A stretch of 37,981 nucleotides of DNA, from positions 1 to 37,981 of the IMG/VR virus record IMGVR_UViG_3300048850_000072; one strand, given 5' to 3'. The DNA is from a virus (Duplodnaviria > Caudoviricetes). The notes beneath the pieces were generated by a model, which saw only the letters and a program-made list of their open reading frames with translations, ran no database searches and was not told the DNA's origin. The position numbers were made by a program, and so were the translations under genes. Shown here piece by piece: positions 24,543 through 34,641 of this stretch (its first letter is position 1; each line of letters begins with the position of its first letter).

Positions 24543-25730
24543 ATGCCCGGTCCCACCGCTGGCTATCAGGCCGGCATCGAATCCACTGACATCACCTGGT
24601 CTGCTGCGCAGGAAGTGAACTGGGGGGTGCCGCCGACCGGCGCCTACCAGGCGCTGCGCACCACCGGCGGCGACAACAGCCAGGCCAGCGAGACCCGCAA
24701 CCGGCCGCCGGAACAGAATGAGCTGGCTGAGAACGCCGCGGCCGTCACCAGCCAGCGCGCAGCCTCGGTGCAGCTGCCGATGGCCCTCTCCTTCGGCACC
24801 TTCGACGATCTGCTGTCCGGTCTGCTGCGCAACGACTGGGGCGCGGCGGTGGCGATTGACAGCATCACCACCGACATCAGCGTGATCGGCAGCACCAGTA
24901 AGCTGACCAGCACCCTGGCGGGCAAGTTCGCGGCCGTCTCGGTGGGGCAGTGGATCCGGCTGATCTCCCCGCTCAACGCCGGCGTCTACCGCGTGGCCGC
25001 CAAGGCGAGCGCGACCGACATCACGCTGTCGGGCGGCGTGCTGGTCAACGAGACCTCCAGCGGCACCAACATCAAGCTACGTGGCGGGAGCATCCGCAAT
25101 GCCAGGATGTTCAAGGCCTGGACGCTGCGGAAGAAGCTGGGCGTGCTGGGCTACCTGCACTATCCGGGCAGCTTCGTCACGGCGGCGCAGCTGCGCATGA
25201 GCCTGGGCGACTTCCTGTCCGGCTCCTTCAGCTTCGCCAGCAAGGACGAACTGAAGAGCCTGGTGGACATCGCCACGTCGCTCGTTCCCGCGCCGACCGG
25301 CTTGGTGCATGAGAACGTTCGCGGCTTCGGCGGCCTGTTCGTCGATGGCGTGAAGGTGCAGGGTACGCTGCGCAGTCTCAGCCTCGACGTCACCAACGAG
25401 GGCGCGTCGGCTGACTACGGTATGGGCTCTCCCGGCGCGCAGGGCATGCGGATGGGCAGCTTCGGCGCGCGCATGTCGGCCGAGGTGTTCTTCGGCAGCT
25501 GGGACCTGTGGGACCGCTCACAGTCCGACCTGCGGAACGGCGTCTTCACGGCCGTCACGATGGACGCCGCCAGCAACGCCTATGCCGTCAGCCTGCTGAA
25601 CGGCCGCGTGAGCAATCCGCGCGTCATGTCTGGCCGCCCCGGTGAGCCCGTGATGCTCAACATCGACATCGAGGGCAGCCCGCAGCCCGGCGGCGGCACT
25701 GTCCAGATCGACCGGATGGCCGGCGCCTGA
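24543..25730 (+). CDS. Major tail tube protein
   Basis: EVNWGVPP...YQALRTTG, LSFGTFDDLL, internal beta-domain insertion; GGAGG RBS; precedes the chaperones. Confidence 0.85.
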   Translation: MPGPTAGYQAGIESTDITWSAAQEVNWGVPPTGAYQALRTTGGDNSQASETRNRPPEQNELAENAAAVTSQRAASVQLPMALSFGTFDDLLSGLLRNDWGAAVAIDSITTDISVIGSTSKLTSTLAGKFAAVSVGQWIRLISPLNAGVYRVAAKASATDITLSGGVLVNETSSGTNIKLRGGSIRNARMFKAWTLRKKLGVLGYLHYPGSFVTAAQLRMSLGDFLSGSFSFASKDELKSLVDIATSLVPAPTGLVHENVRGFGGLFVDGVKVQGTLRSLSLDVTNEGASADYGMGSPGAQGMRMGSFGARMSAEVFFGSWDLWDRSQSDLRNGVFTAVTMDAASNAYAVSLLNGRVSNPRVMSGRPGEPVMLNIDIEGSPQPGGGTVQIDRMAGA

Positions 25731-25847
25731 GATCGCACGCCGGCGCCGCGGCGCCGGCGTGTGTAGAGGCCGGCCGCGCTGCGGGGCGCAGGCCGGCCTC
25801 ACCCTATTCCCCGCATCCCCGCAGTTCCCGCACGAGAGACCCTACCC

Positions 25848-26261
25848 ATGGCCAAGCTTTCCGCCTTCCGTTCCGACACCCGCGCCATCAACGACGGCAT
25901 CTTCGTGCCGGTCGATCCGGTGCGTCACCCCGGGCTCGAAATCCGCACGCGTGGCTTCAATGACGACTTCGTGGACGCGCAGAACGTCCGCCTGGCCGCC
26001 GCCGCCGAGAAGTACGAGGGCAACCGCGGCAGCATCCCCAACAGCGAGATGCGCAAGATCAATGGCGATCTGCTGCGCGAGTTCCTGGTGCTGGACGTGC
26101 GCGGCCTGGAGGACGATGACGGCAAGCCGGTGAGCCTGGAAGAGTTCCATGGCTTCCTGGGCCAGCAGGAGTACCAGAAGCTGTCGCAGGCCTGCTGGAC
26201 TGCCGCCGGCCGGGTGACCACCCGCACGGCCGAGCAGATCAAGGTCGCATCGGGAAACTAA
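25848..26261 (+). CDS. Tail assembly chaperone (gpG-like)
   Basis: Between the tail tube and tape measure genes; ends at slippery G GGA AAC TAA. Confidence 0.85.
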   Translation: MAKLSAFRSDTRAINDGIFVPVDPVRHPGLEIRTRGFNDDFVDAQNVRLAAAAEKYEGNRGSIPNSEMRKINGDLLREFLVLDVRGLEDDDGKPVSLEEFHGFLGQQEYQKLSQACWTAAGRVTTRTAEQIKVASGN

Positions 26262-26608
26262 GCGGGGCCCTACGGTTCCACCTAGACTGGGGCGCCTATC
26301 CGGAACTGGCGGATGATCCGGAGATCAAGCGGAGCCGAGTGGACATCCGTCCGGAGTTCCGCTGGCTCTGGCGCGCCTGGAACGCCTTGCACGATGACCG
26401 CGTGCACCTGGTGGAAGGCGTTGGCGCTCCCATGGGGGGCATGATCATCCGGTCCAGGCCGAGCCGCATCCCCTGGTCTGTGGTGCGCCTCTGGGCCCGC
26501 CATCACCGCATGACCCATGCCGAGCTGCAGCTGCTCTACGCCTGCATCCGGGCCATGGACGACGTCTTCCTGGAAGACTGGCAGCGCAAGGCAGGGAAGC
26601 CCCGATGA
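26252..26608 (+). CDS. Tail assembly chaperone -1 frameshift extension (gpGT-like)
   Basis: The -1 frame is open from GGGAAAC (26252-26258) to TGA 26608; WRAWNALHDDR...IPWSVVRLWA...IRAMD. Confidence 0.85.
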   Translation, partial: GKLSGALRFHLDWGAYPELADDPEIKRSRVDIRPEFRWLWRAWNALHDDRVHLVEGVGAPMGGMIIRSRPSRIPWSVVRLWARHHRMTHAELQLLYACIRAMDDVFLEDWQRKAGKPR

Positions 26609-27318
26609 GAGCAGGCGATGGGCTCCGCAAGATCGTGCCGGTGCTGGTGGAGCGCCACCTGACCGGCCCGCAGGCGCGGCGCCGGGTGGCGGTGGTGGTG
26701 CGCGACCAGCTCCAGGACCTAATCCGCACTGGCCAGGCCTCGCCGATCTTCATGCGCACGGTCGATGGCCGCCGTGACGCCGCGGAAGAGACCGTGAAGC
26801 TGCAGGGCGGCACCATCTCCTACCTGTTCAACATCCTGTCGACGGCCAGCATCTTTGCGCTGGAAAAGGCGGTTGCCCGGTCTCCTGTTCGCAAGGGCGC
26901 GTACAAGGCCAGCTGGTCCGTCCTCGTCGACGGCAAGCCCTGGGCGGAGGACCTGCGCCGGATCCCCGGCGGCAGCACAGTGTGGATCACCAACACCCAG
27001 CCCTACCATCGCAAGATCAATCAGGCGGGGCAGATCACCAAAGTCCCCCCCTACATCGTGCAGGACGTCTCGCAGCAGCTGAAGCGGCGCTTTCCAAGCC
27101 TGCAAGTCTATGTCGACTACCTGACCATCCCCGGCGGGTACGTGCTGAAAACCTATGGCTGGGACAGCGGCCTGTCTTACCGGACCCGCAAGAACCAGCG
27201 GAAGAACGGCGGCGAGCTAGGCTGGTACCGGCGCTTTGCGACACGCAAGGCCAACGGTCGCCGCGATCGCGCGCCGGGCGCCCGCATGACCTATCCGACC
27301 ATCGTCATCACCGAGTGA
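26605..27318 (+). CDS. Neck/tail completion protein (HK97 gp10-like)
   Basis: SPVRKGAYKASW, ITNTQPYHRKI motifs; ATGA overlap. Confidence 0.65.
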   Translation: MRAGDGLRKIVPVLVERHLTGPQARRRVAVVVRDQLQDLIRTGQASPIFMRTVDGRRDAAEETVKLQGGTISYLFNILSTASIFALEKAVARSPVRKGAYKASWSVLVDGKPWAEDLRRIPGGSTVWITNTQPYHRKINQAGQITKVPPYIVQDVSQQLKRRFPSLQVYVDYLTIPGGYVLKTYGWDSGLSYRTRKNQRKNGGELGWYRRFATRKANGRRDRAPGARMTYPTIVITE

Positions 27319-27328
27319 GGGCCTGCGC

Positions 27329-30300
27329 ATGGCAACCGTGAGCCAGCTGGTCGACGAGTATGTCGCCAAGATCGACATCGAAGACAACGCCAGCCGCCCG
27401 GCCGAGGCCGTCGCCAGCAAGATCGACAAGGTGTCGGATGCCGCGCAGAACGCGGCGGCGAATGCGCGTGGGCTGACCCGTGCCATGCAGGAGACCGGCG
27501 AGAGCGCCAAGATCGCCGATCCGGCGTTCGAGCGCTTGGCGCAGCGCGTCGACAGCGTGACCCAGGCCGAGCGTGGGCTGACGCGAGCCACCGAAGCCCT
27601 GCAGGCGGCGCAGTCCGCTGCAGCGCGCGAGGGGGCGGTCGACGCCGATGCGAAGGAGCGGCAGAGCCGGACCCTGGCAGAGCTGGCGCGCCGCGTCGAG
27701 ACGTGGGCGCAGAAGCTGGGCGAGGCACGCGCAGACGCCGACGCGCTGGAATCCGCCAACGCCGCGCTGAACGGCACGCTGGCCCAGGGGCAGGGGGTAT
27801 TCTCCCAGCACATCGCCAGTCTGATCTCGCAGGCGCAGGCGAGCCGCAGCAACCGTGAAGCCACCGAACTGGCCAACCAGGCGGAGCGCGAGCGCGCTGT
27901 GCAGGTGCAGCGCCTGACCGGCGCCTTGAACAGCTATGTGCAGGCCAATGATCCGCTTGCCGCGTCGCTGGCCAAGGTGATCCGCGCCGAGGAAGAGCTG
28001 GCGCAGCTGCGCTCGCTTGGGATCAACGCTACGGCGCAGCAGGCCGATACGGTGGCGCAGATGCGCCGCGCCCATGATGACCTGGCAGGCGGCGTCAACC
28101 GGACCACCAACGCCCTCGGCCTGCAGCGCTACCAGGTGCAGAACGTCACCGCGCAGTTTGTCGACTTCGGCGTTCAGATATCGTCGGGCGGCGGCATCCT
28201 CCTGCCGTTCATCCAGCAGGCCCCCCAGGCCGTCGAGGCGGTGGGTGGCCTGCGCGCGGCGTTCGGACTGCTTGCGCAGATCTTCACCCCAGCGCGCATC
28301 GCTGCCGGCGGGGTGACGCTGGCGATCGGTGCCATGGGTATGGCGGCGAACAACCAGGAGGGCGCGCTCGTCAGCATGCAGACCCGGCTGCGGGCCGTGA
28401 CTGCGGACTATCTGGCCATGGGGGTGCAAGCCGAGGCAACGGCTCGGCAGACCGCGCTGGCTGTCCCGGGCCTATCGCTCGGTGACGCTCGCAGCGCGCA
28501 GATCTCGCTCGCGGCCGCGGCGCCGCGCGGCTCCAGCTTCGACCTGAAGGCGTTGACCGCACAGGCGGCCGACTTCGCGGCCGTGATGGGCATCGACGTC
28601 AAGGCGGGTGTCGAACGGTTTGCGCAGGCCATGCGTGACCCGGTCGCCCTGGTGGACGAGCTGGCACGCGAAGGCTTCCCGGGCATGAACGAAGCGCTCC
28701 GCTTGACGGTGCAGCGTTTGGTCGAAGGCGGCGAGCGCGGCGATGCGTTCGCGCTGGTCATGAGCCGGCTGCGTCAGCAGACCGACGGCGCTGCCCGCGA
28801 CAGCCTGAGCCCATTGGGTAAGGCGGTGGACGACCTGAAGAAGGAGTTCAACGCCTTCTTCGCGGACGTCGGCCGCGGCCTAGCCGGCCCGGCGCAGTCG
28901 TTCGCCGAGTGGCTGTCGGCGTCGCTTCGGGATCTACAGAACCTCCGGGAGCAGCAGGACGCCTTCGACAAGCGTAACGAGGAAACCGCGCGCGGCGGCA
29001 CTGACGATGCGCGCGTCTGGGGCGGCGCCGGCGCTACCGGCACGATCCCGCTCGTGCCCAGCGCTTCCAACCCGGTCAACCTGCCGGATGTGGTGCGCCA
29101 GGCCATCACCGTGGCCAGCGCCCGCAGTGGCGTGGACAGCGATATCCTGGCGCGGATCTACGCGCGGGGCGAGCAAAGCCGACCCAACGCGGACGGGAGC
29201 TGGCCGGTCAGCCCGAAAGGCGCTGAGGGCCCATTCCAGGTCATGCCGGGCACCTTCGCCGAGCTGGCGAAGCGCTACAACATTAGCGGCACAGCCAACG
29301 ATCCGCAGGCTGGCGCGCTGGCCGCGGCCTACTACTGGCGCGAGCAGTACCAGAAGTTCGGCGACGTCGGCCTCGCGATGGGTGCCTACAATGCCGGCCC
29401 GGGCCGCATCAACGACGTCTTGGCGGGCAAGGCGCAGCTGCCGAATGAGACGGCCGGCTACATCCGGCGCACCACGAGCGGTTACAACGGCAACCCCCTC
29501 GTGGCGGGTGTGACACCAGCAGGGCCCGCCGCGGCATCCGACCGCGTCTATGGTCCTGCCTATCCAGGCCCGGTCGCTGTGCAGCGAACCGGGGATGACA
29601 GCTCTGACCTGCTGAACCGAACGCTACGCATGGCCCGCGGCGCGGCGGAGGTGCCAGGCCAGGATGGCACGCTGGCAACCCAGCGGGCTGGCCTGCAGCA
29701 GGCCATTGCGCTGGCCGAGCAGGCTAAGAAGCTCGCCGGCGACAATGCCCAGGCGCAGGACGTCCTGACTGCTGCGCAGGAGAAGTGGCGGGCGGCGCTG
29801 GAAGCCGCCAAGGGCCCGCATGCCGAGTTCGTGGAAGAGCAGCAGCGTGCCCTGCGCACCGGCCAGCAACTGGACCCGGTCCAGCGGGCCGTCACCGAGA
29901 CGCTGGAGCGCTACACCGACAGCATGCAGCGGCAGGGCCTCACGCCCACCGCAGGCCAGCTCGAGGAAGTGCGCGCCAATAAGCTGCGTGAACTGCAGGG
30001 CGCCTATATCGCGGCGACCGCCGAGGTAGACCGGCAGACCGAGAGCCAGCGCCGGATCGGCGTAGCCTATGCCGACGGTGAGCAGGCGGTGGCCCGGGCC
30101 GCTGCGGCTGAGAAGGCGCACGAGCTCGTCCGCACCTCCGGCATCACCAGTGCTGAGGCGCGCCGGGTGGCGGAGGAAGGCCTGACGCAGTCGCTGCTGG
30201 ATCAGCAGCGGGTCAACAACGACAACGCGGCGATGGCCTCCAACCTACGGTCCAAGGACGGCCTGGCGCTGATCCAGCGCGAGGCCGAACTGGTCGGCAT

Positions 30301-32980
30301 GACGACGGAAGCCCGTGAGCGCGAACTGACGGCGATGAAGGCGCGGCAGGATCTCGAAAGCCGACCAGGCGGCACCAGCGAGTCGGTCATCAAAGAGGCC
30401 GAGAAGCTGGCGCGGCAGACCGTCGATGCCACGGCGAGGACCAACCAGCTGAAAAACAGCTGGGCGGCAATTCCCGCTTTCGTGGAGGACACCGCAGGGA
30501 CGATCAAGAACGCCCTCGTCTCGGCCATTGCCGCCGGCGAGCAGAAGGCGATCTCCTTCGGCAACGTCTGGCGGGCGGTGAAGGCGTCGGCGATCAGCAG
30601 CTTGGTGGAGCTGGGCGCCATCAACCCGGCGCTGAACTATGCCTTCGGCGGATCGCGCGGTACGCTTAGTGGCATCAGTAGCGTGGTGGGCGGCGGCGGC
30701 GGTGCCGCTGCTGGCGCCGGCGGCGGCACCACCGGGCTGATGGATGGCGCCAGCGGCGTCGGCAAGCTGTTCGGCGGCGGTACGGGCGGGGTGAAGACCG
30801 GCTTCGCCTGGCTCGACAACACGCTGAGCAGCAACGCGTACAGCACGGGCTACGGCAATGTCTCGGTGAGCGGTGCTGTGGGTGGAGCGGCCGGTGTAGC
30901 CGGTGGCCTTTACGGCATCTACAGCGGCGTGCAGACGGGCGGCGCGCGGGGCTGGGCGCAGGGCATTGGTGGCGCGGCGTCCACCATTGCGGGCGCCACG
31001 AGCTTGCTGGGCGTCTCGTCCGCCGGGGCGGCGGTCGGCGGCGCGGCGGCTGCGGTTGGTGGTGCTGCCGGCGCTTCGGCTGCTGGTGTCGCCGGGGCGG
31101 CTGGCCTGGGTGTTGGTGCTGGCGCCGGTGCTGGCGTCCTCGCGACGATCGGTGCCGTGGCCCCCTATGTGGCCATCGCGGCCTTGATCGCCTCGTATTT
31201 CCTCAGCGGGCAAAAGCCCTCTGACATGACGGGTGTGTACAAGGGCAACTTGGCCACCGGCACCAGCTCAGTGGGTGGCCTGACGGGCGCCCGCTACAGC
31301 CAAGAAAACCGTGACACCGCGAGCAACATTGGCCGTGCCGTCGAAAGCATGTCCGACACGCTGAAGCGGGCCACGGGCGTCGCCGCCGTCCCCTTCAACT
31401 TCGAAGTGGCGGTGGGCACGCGGGACGGCATGAAGGGATCGTTCGAAGGCAAGGAACGGGAGTACGGCGCTGACGAAGCCGGCTCCAAGGCGCTGATCGA
31501 CGATATGACGGCAGCCATGATCCGGGCCCTACGCCCGGTCGCCTCGGCTGACGTTCGGTCGGTGATCGACCGTTCCGGCGGCAGCACCGAGACGACGCTG
31601 GCCAATCTCGATTGGTACAATTCCGAGTACAAATCGATGATCAAGGAAAGCGAAGCGCCGACGCCGCAATTCGTGACCGAGATGGAAGCAGCGCTGTCGC
31701 CGATCAACGACGCAATTACCAAAGCCCGCGAACTGGGGCTGGCGGAGGAAAAGCTCACGCAGCTGCGTGAGCGGGCGGCGCAGGTGCTGGCCGACCAGCG
31801 GGCTGAGACCCTGAAGGGTATCTCCGCCAACGACGCACAGCGCCAAGCACTGGCAAGCGGCACCTCGCCGCTGGAGCTGCAGATTCAGAACTTCCAGGCG
31901 ACGGCCGAGGCCGAGATGGCGAGCCTGAACCAGCAGCTCGCCAGCCTTGATATCGGCAAGGGCCTGTGGAGCCAGCTGACCACCACGCGGTGGGCGACCA
32001 TGAACATGGAGCGCGACGCGCTGGTGCGGCAGCAGGAAGGGCAGGTGCGCCAGCAGCAGATCGGCGCGGCCAGCAACCGCAACGGCCTGCTGGAGCGTAT
32101 CCAGGCGGCCGATGGCAGCAGCGCCACGCAGGACGGCGCACTGTGGGCCTTCGATCGCAGAGCGCATGTCGAGCGCACTGCGGCGGCGGCTGACGGTGTG
32201 ACCGACATGGTGCTGCTCGAGCGGACCCTTGCCGACGAGCGGCTGGGCATCATGCGTGACTTCGCCCGGCAGCAGTCGGCGCTGGAACAGCAGCGGTTTT
32301 CGACCACGACGTCGCTGTACGAGCGGTACACCGCAGCGACAGGCGATAACTCGGCCGACACCCAGCTATGGCTGTTCGACCGGCGGGCCTTGGCCGAGCG
32401 GACTGCGGCGGCGGCTGACGGCGTGACCGACATGGTACTGCTCGAGCAGACGTTGGCAGCCGAGCGGCTGCGGGTGCAGCGGGACTATGCCGCTGAGGCC
32501 GTCGCCGCTGAAAAGCAGGCGAACGACACGGCGGCCTCCACAGCCGCCAGCCTGATCACCTCGCTGACCGGCTACGCCCGCCAACTGCGCTACGGCGAGA
32601 CGTCCTCGATCTCGGCGCAGTCGCAGTACGACCTCGCATCCAGCAGCCTGAACGCTGTCGGAGGCGCGGCCGTCGCCGGCGACTGGAACAGCATCACCAA
32701 GGTGCAGAGCTATGCGCAGGACTTCCTGAACACCTCTCGCGTGGTGAATGGCAGCGGCCAGCAGTACGCCGCGGATATGGCGCGTGTGCTGAACCTGCTG
32801 GACAGCGTAGCGGGGCTGGGTCCCGACCGGCTGACAGACAGCGCGCGGCAGATCCAGGCGATTGACAGCCAGACGACCACGCTGGTCGCGGAACTGCAGG
32901 CGCTGCGCAGTGAGGTGAAGGCGCTGCGGGTTGAGCAGCAGCAGCAGGGGAGCGCCCCCGACCGGGCGAAGGCGGCATGA
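27329..32980 (+). CDS. Tape measure protein with a lytic transglycosylase (SLT) domain
   Basis: 1883 aa, Ala-rich helical; lambda-type NVTAQFVDFGVQISSG...IQQAPQ; SLT motifs GEQS, SPKGAEGPFQVMPGT, AYNAGPG, ETAGY; Gly-rich hydrophobic segment. Confidence 0.95.
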   Translation: MATVSQLVDEYVAKIDIEDNASRPAEAVASKIDKVSDAAQNAAANARGLTRAMQETGESAKIADPAFERLAQRVDSVTQAERGLTRATEALQAAQSAAAREGAVDADAKERQSRTLAELARRVETWAQKLGEARADADALESANAALNGTLAQGQGVFSQHIASLISQAQASRSNREATELANQAERERAVQVQRLTGALNSYVQANDPLAASLAKVIRAEEELAQLRSLGINATAQQADTVAQMRRAHDDLAGGVNRTTNALGLQRYQVQNVTAQFVDFGVQISSGGGILLPFIQQAPQAVEAVGGLRAAFGLLAQIFTPARIAAGGVTLAIGAMGMAANNQEGALVSMQTRLRAVTADYLAMGVQAEATARQTALAVPGLSLGDARSAQISLAAAAPRGSSFDLKALTAQAADFAAVMGIDVKAGVERFAQAMRDPVALVDELAREGFPGMNEALRLTVQRLVEGGERGDAFALVMSRLRQQTDGAARDSLSPLGKAVDDLKKEFNAFFADVGRGLAGPAQSFAEWLSASLRDLQNLREQQDAFDKRNEETARGGTDDARVWGGAGATGTIPLVPSASNPVNLPDVVRQAITVASARSGVDSDILARIYARGEQSRPNADGSWPVSPKGAEGPFQVMPGTFAELAKRYNISGTANDPQAGALAAAYYWREQYQKFGDVGLAMGAYNAGPGRINDVLAGKAQLPNETAGYIRRTTSGYNGNPLVAGVTPAGPAAASDRVYGPAYPGPVAVQRTGDDSSDLLNRTLRMARGAAEVPGQDGTLATQRAGLQQAIALAEQAKKLAGDNAQAQDVLTAAQEKWRAALEAAKGPHAEFVEEQQRALRTGQQLDPVQRAVTETLERYTDSMQRQGLTPTAGQLEEVRANKLRELQGAYIAATAEVDRQTESQRRIGVAYADGEQAVARAAAAEKAHELVRTSGITSAEARRVAEEGLTQSLLDQQRVNNDNAAMASNLRSKDGLALIQREAELVGMTTEARERELTAMKARQDLESRPGGTSESVIKEAEKLARQTVDATARTNQLKNSWAAIPAFVEDTAGTIKNALVSAIAAGEQKAISFGNVWRAVKASAISSLVELGAINPALNYAFGGSRGTLSGISSVVGGGGGAAAGAGGGTTGLMDGASGVGKLFGGGTGGVKTGFAWLDNTLSSNAYSTGYGNVSVSGAVGGAAGVAGGLYGIYSGVQTGGARGWAQGIGGAASTIAGATSLLGVSSAGAAVGGAAAAVGGAAGASAAGVAGAAGLGVGAGAGAGVLATIGAVAPYVAIAALIASYFLSGQKPSDMTGVYKGNLATGTSSVGGLTGARYSQENRDTASNIGRAVESMSDTLKRATGVAAVPFNFEVAVGTRDGMKGSFEGKEREYGADEAGSKALIDDMTAAMIRALRPVASADVRSVIDRSGGSTETTLANLDWYNSEYKSMIKESEAPTPQFVTEMEAALSPINDAITKARELGLAEEKLTQLRERAAQVLADQRAETLKGISANDAQRQALASGTSPLELQIQNFQATAEAEMASLNQQLASLDIGKGLWSQLTTTRWATMNMERDALVRQQEGQVRQQQIGAASNRNGLLERIQAADGSSATQDGALWAFDRRAHVERTAAAADGVTDMVLLERTLADERLGIMRDFARQQSALEQQRFSTTTSLYERYTAATGDNSADTQLWLFDRRALAERTAAAADGVTDMVLLEQTLAAERLRVQRDYAAEAVAAEKQANDTAASTAASLITSLTGYARQLRYGETSSISAQSQYDLASSSLNAVGGAAVAGDWNSITKVQSYAQDFLNTSRVVNGSGQQYAADMARVLNLLDSVAGLGPDRLTDSARQIQAIDSQTTTLVAELQALRSEVKALRVEQQQQGSAPDRAKAA

Positions 32981-34641
32981 GCGGATCGCTGATCTATGTC
33001 GCCGAGGCGGAGGTTTACCGCCCCGGTACGGCCGGGACCGCCAGCTACGGCTGGATGGCCCGGCCGCGGATGGCTCCGCTGCCGCCTGCGGGCGTGGTGG
33101 AGAGCACCGACATGCTGCGGGCGTCCGACGTCGGCTACCGCAGCCGCAGCACCGATGCCGGGGGGGTCACAGTCTTCCCCCCGACCCTGCAACGTGCCTT
33201 CGCCATCGACCGTCGGCTGCCGCTGCATCCGTCTTCGACGGCGGCGGCCGTTGCGTGGGGGACGCTGACGCTCAGCAACCTCGGCCGCCGTTACGATGCC
33301 TTCGCGGCCACCCGCAACTCCGACGGCCGACCGGTGCGTGTGCTGGCCGGCCGGCGGATCTGGGATCCGGTGCGGGGCATCGAGCTGGATCCGCCGCTGG
33401 CCTCGCTGGTGACGGTCTTCGCGGGCGTCGCCTCGCCCTGGTTCCTCGACGAGTCGGCGTTGAACATGCCGCTGCGCGACGCCATGGCGCTGGCCGAGCG
33501 GCCGTTGCAGCAGAGCCTCTATGCCGGAACCGGCGGTCGCGAGGGCACCTCAGACATGGCCGGCCGTCGCAAGCCCAAGGCGCGCGGCGGCAGCGTCGCC
33601 CTGCCTATCCGCGACGTTGCGCCGGTCTGGATCGATCGACCACGGGGCATCCTGCAGATCAGTGACGGACCGGGGATCGTGGTACGGCTGGCCGAGAGTG
33701 GCGACCAGTCGCAGATCGCCGCCGCTGGTGAGGTTCCCGATGTCTTCACAACGACGGTGGCGCCAGGCACCTGGAAGTGGTCGAGCCACAGCACCGGCCT
33801 CTACATCCGCCTGGGCAGCCCGACCAACCTGAAGATCACCGCCGACGTCGTCGGCCACTTCCCGTCCGGCACCCAGGCCAGCACGGCGGCAGCGATCGCG
33901 CGGCTGATGCTGCGAGAAGATCTGCAGCTGCCGGCCGCGCTGGTCGCCGAAGACAGCTTTGCGTCGCTTGATGCGGCAGTGCCGTGGACAGCAGGTGACT
34001 ACTGGGACGGCAGCAGCGACGTCAGCGCCATCGATGCCGTGGCGCTGTTCATTGCCTCGCTAGGCGGGCGGATGATCCCGCTGCGCGACGGGCGGCTGGG
34101 GGTGTTCGGGTTGCGCGCAATCCCGGCCGGCGCCCAGCCGGTCGCCAGCTACGGGATCGGACAGGTGGTGACGGTGCGACCGAACGACCGCTTGGCACAA
34201 GCCGGGCTGTCGCCGCCGCCCTATCGATGGCGAGTCGGCTGGGGCAGGACAAACACGGTGATGAGTGGCAGCGACGTGGACCCCACGCTGAGCGACGACC
34301 GCAAGACGCAGCTGGCCGAGGAGTACCGCCTGGCGCCCTGGTTCAGCCCGGCGCTCGGGCAGGCGTACCGCAAGCCGAATGATCCGGAGCCGGTGCCGAC
34401 GCGGTTACTGAACGGCGGCCATGCCACCGGGCTGGCGGAGGTGCTGGGCGAGCAGTGGGGCGCCGCCCCCCGCCTATACGATGTCGTGCTGCCGCTGGAG
34501 ATCGGCGCGCGCCGCGAGATCGGCAACTTCATCCGCATCACCTATCCGCTGGACAACCTCGACGGCGGCCGCCTCGGGCAGATCGTCGGCGAGCAGGTCA
34601 GCAGCGGCGATGCCACCATCACATTTCAGGTGCTGATCTGA
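32977..34641 (+). CDS. Tail tip/hub protein
   Basis: 554 aa, ATGA-coupled to the tape measure gene; YAGTGGREG...GRRKP...G pattern. Confidence 0.7.
   Translation: MSGSLIYVAEAEVYRPGTAGTASYGWMARPRMAPLPPAGVVESTDMLRASDVGYRSRSTDAGGVTVFPPTLQRAFAIDRRLPLHPSSTAAAVAWGTLTLSNLGRRYDAFAATRNSDGRPVRVLAGRRIWDPVRGIELDPPLASLVTVFAGVASPWFLDESALNMPLRDAMALAERPLQQSLYAGTGGREGTSDMAGRRKPKARGGSVALPIRDVAPVWIDRPRGILQISDGPGIVVRLAESGDQSQIAAAGEVPDVFTTTVAPGTWKWSSHSTGLYIRLGSPTNLKITADVVGHFPSGTQASTAAAIARLMLREDLQLPAALVAEDSFASLDAAVPWTAGDYWDGSSDVSAIDAVALFIASLGGRMIPLRDGRLGVFGLRAIPAGAQPVASYGIGQVVTVRPNDRLAQAGLSPPPYRWRVGWGRTNTVMSGSDVDPTLSDDRKTQLAEEYRLAPWFSPALGQAYRKPNDPEPVPTRLLNGGHATGLAEVLGEQWGAAPRLYDVVLPLEIGARREIGNFIRITYPLDNLDGGRLGQIVGEQVSSGDATITFQVLI

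Noticed and set aside
30680-31140. GGC/GCC-rich low-complexity stretch as a DNA repeat element
   Set aside because: Explained by the Gly/Ala-rich membrane-interacting segment of the tape measure protein
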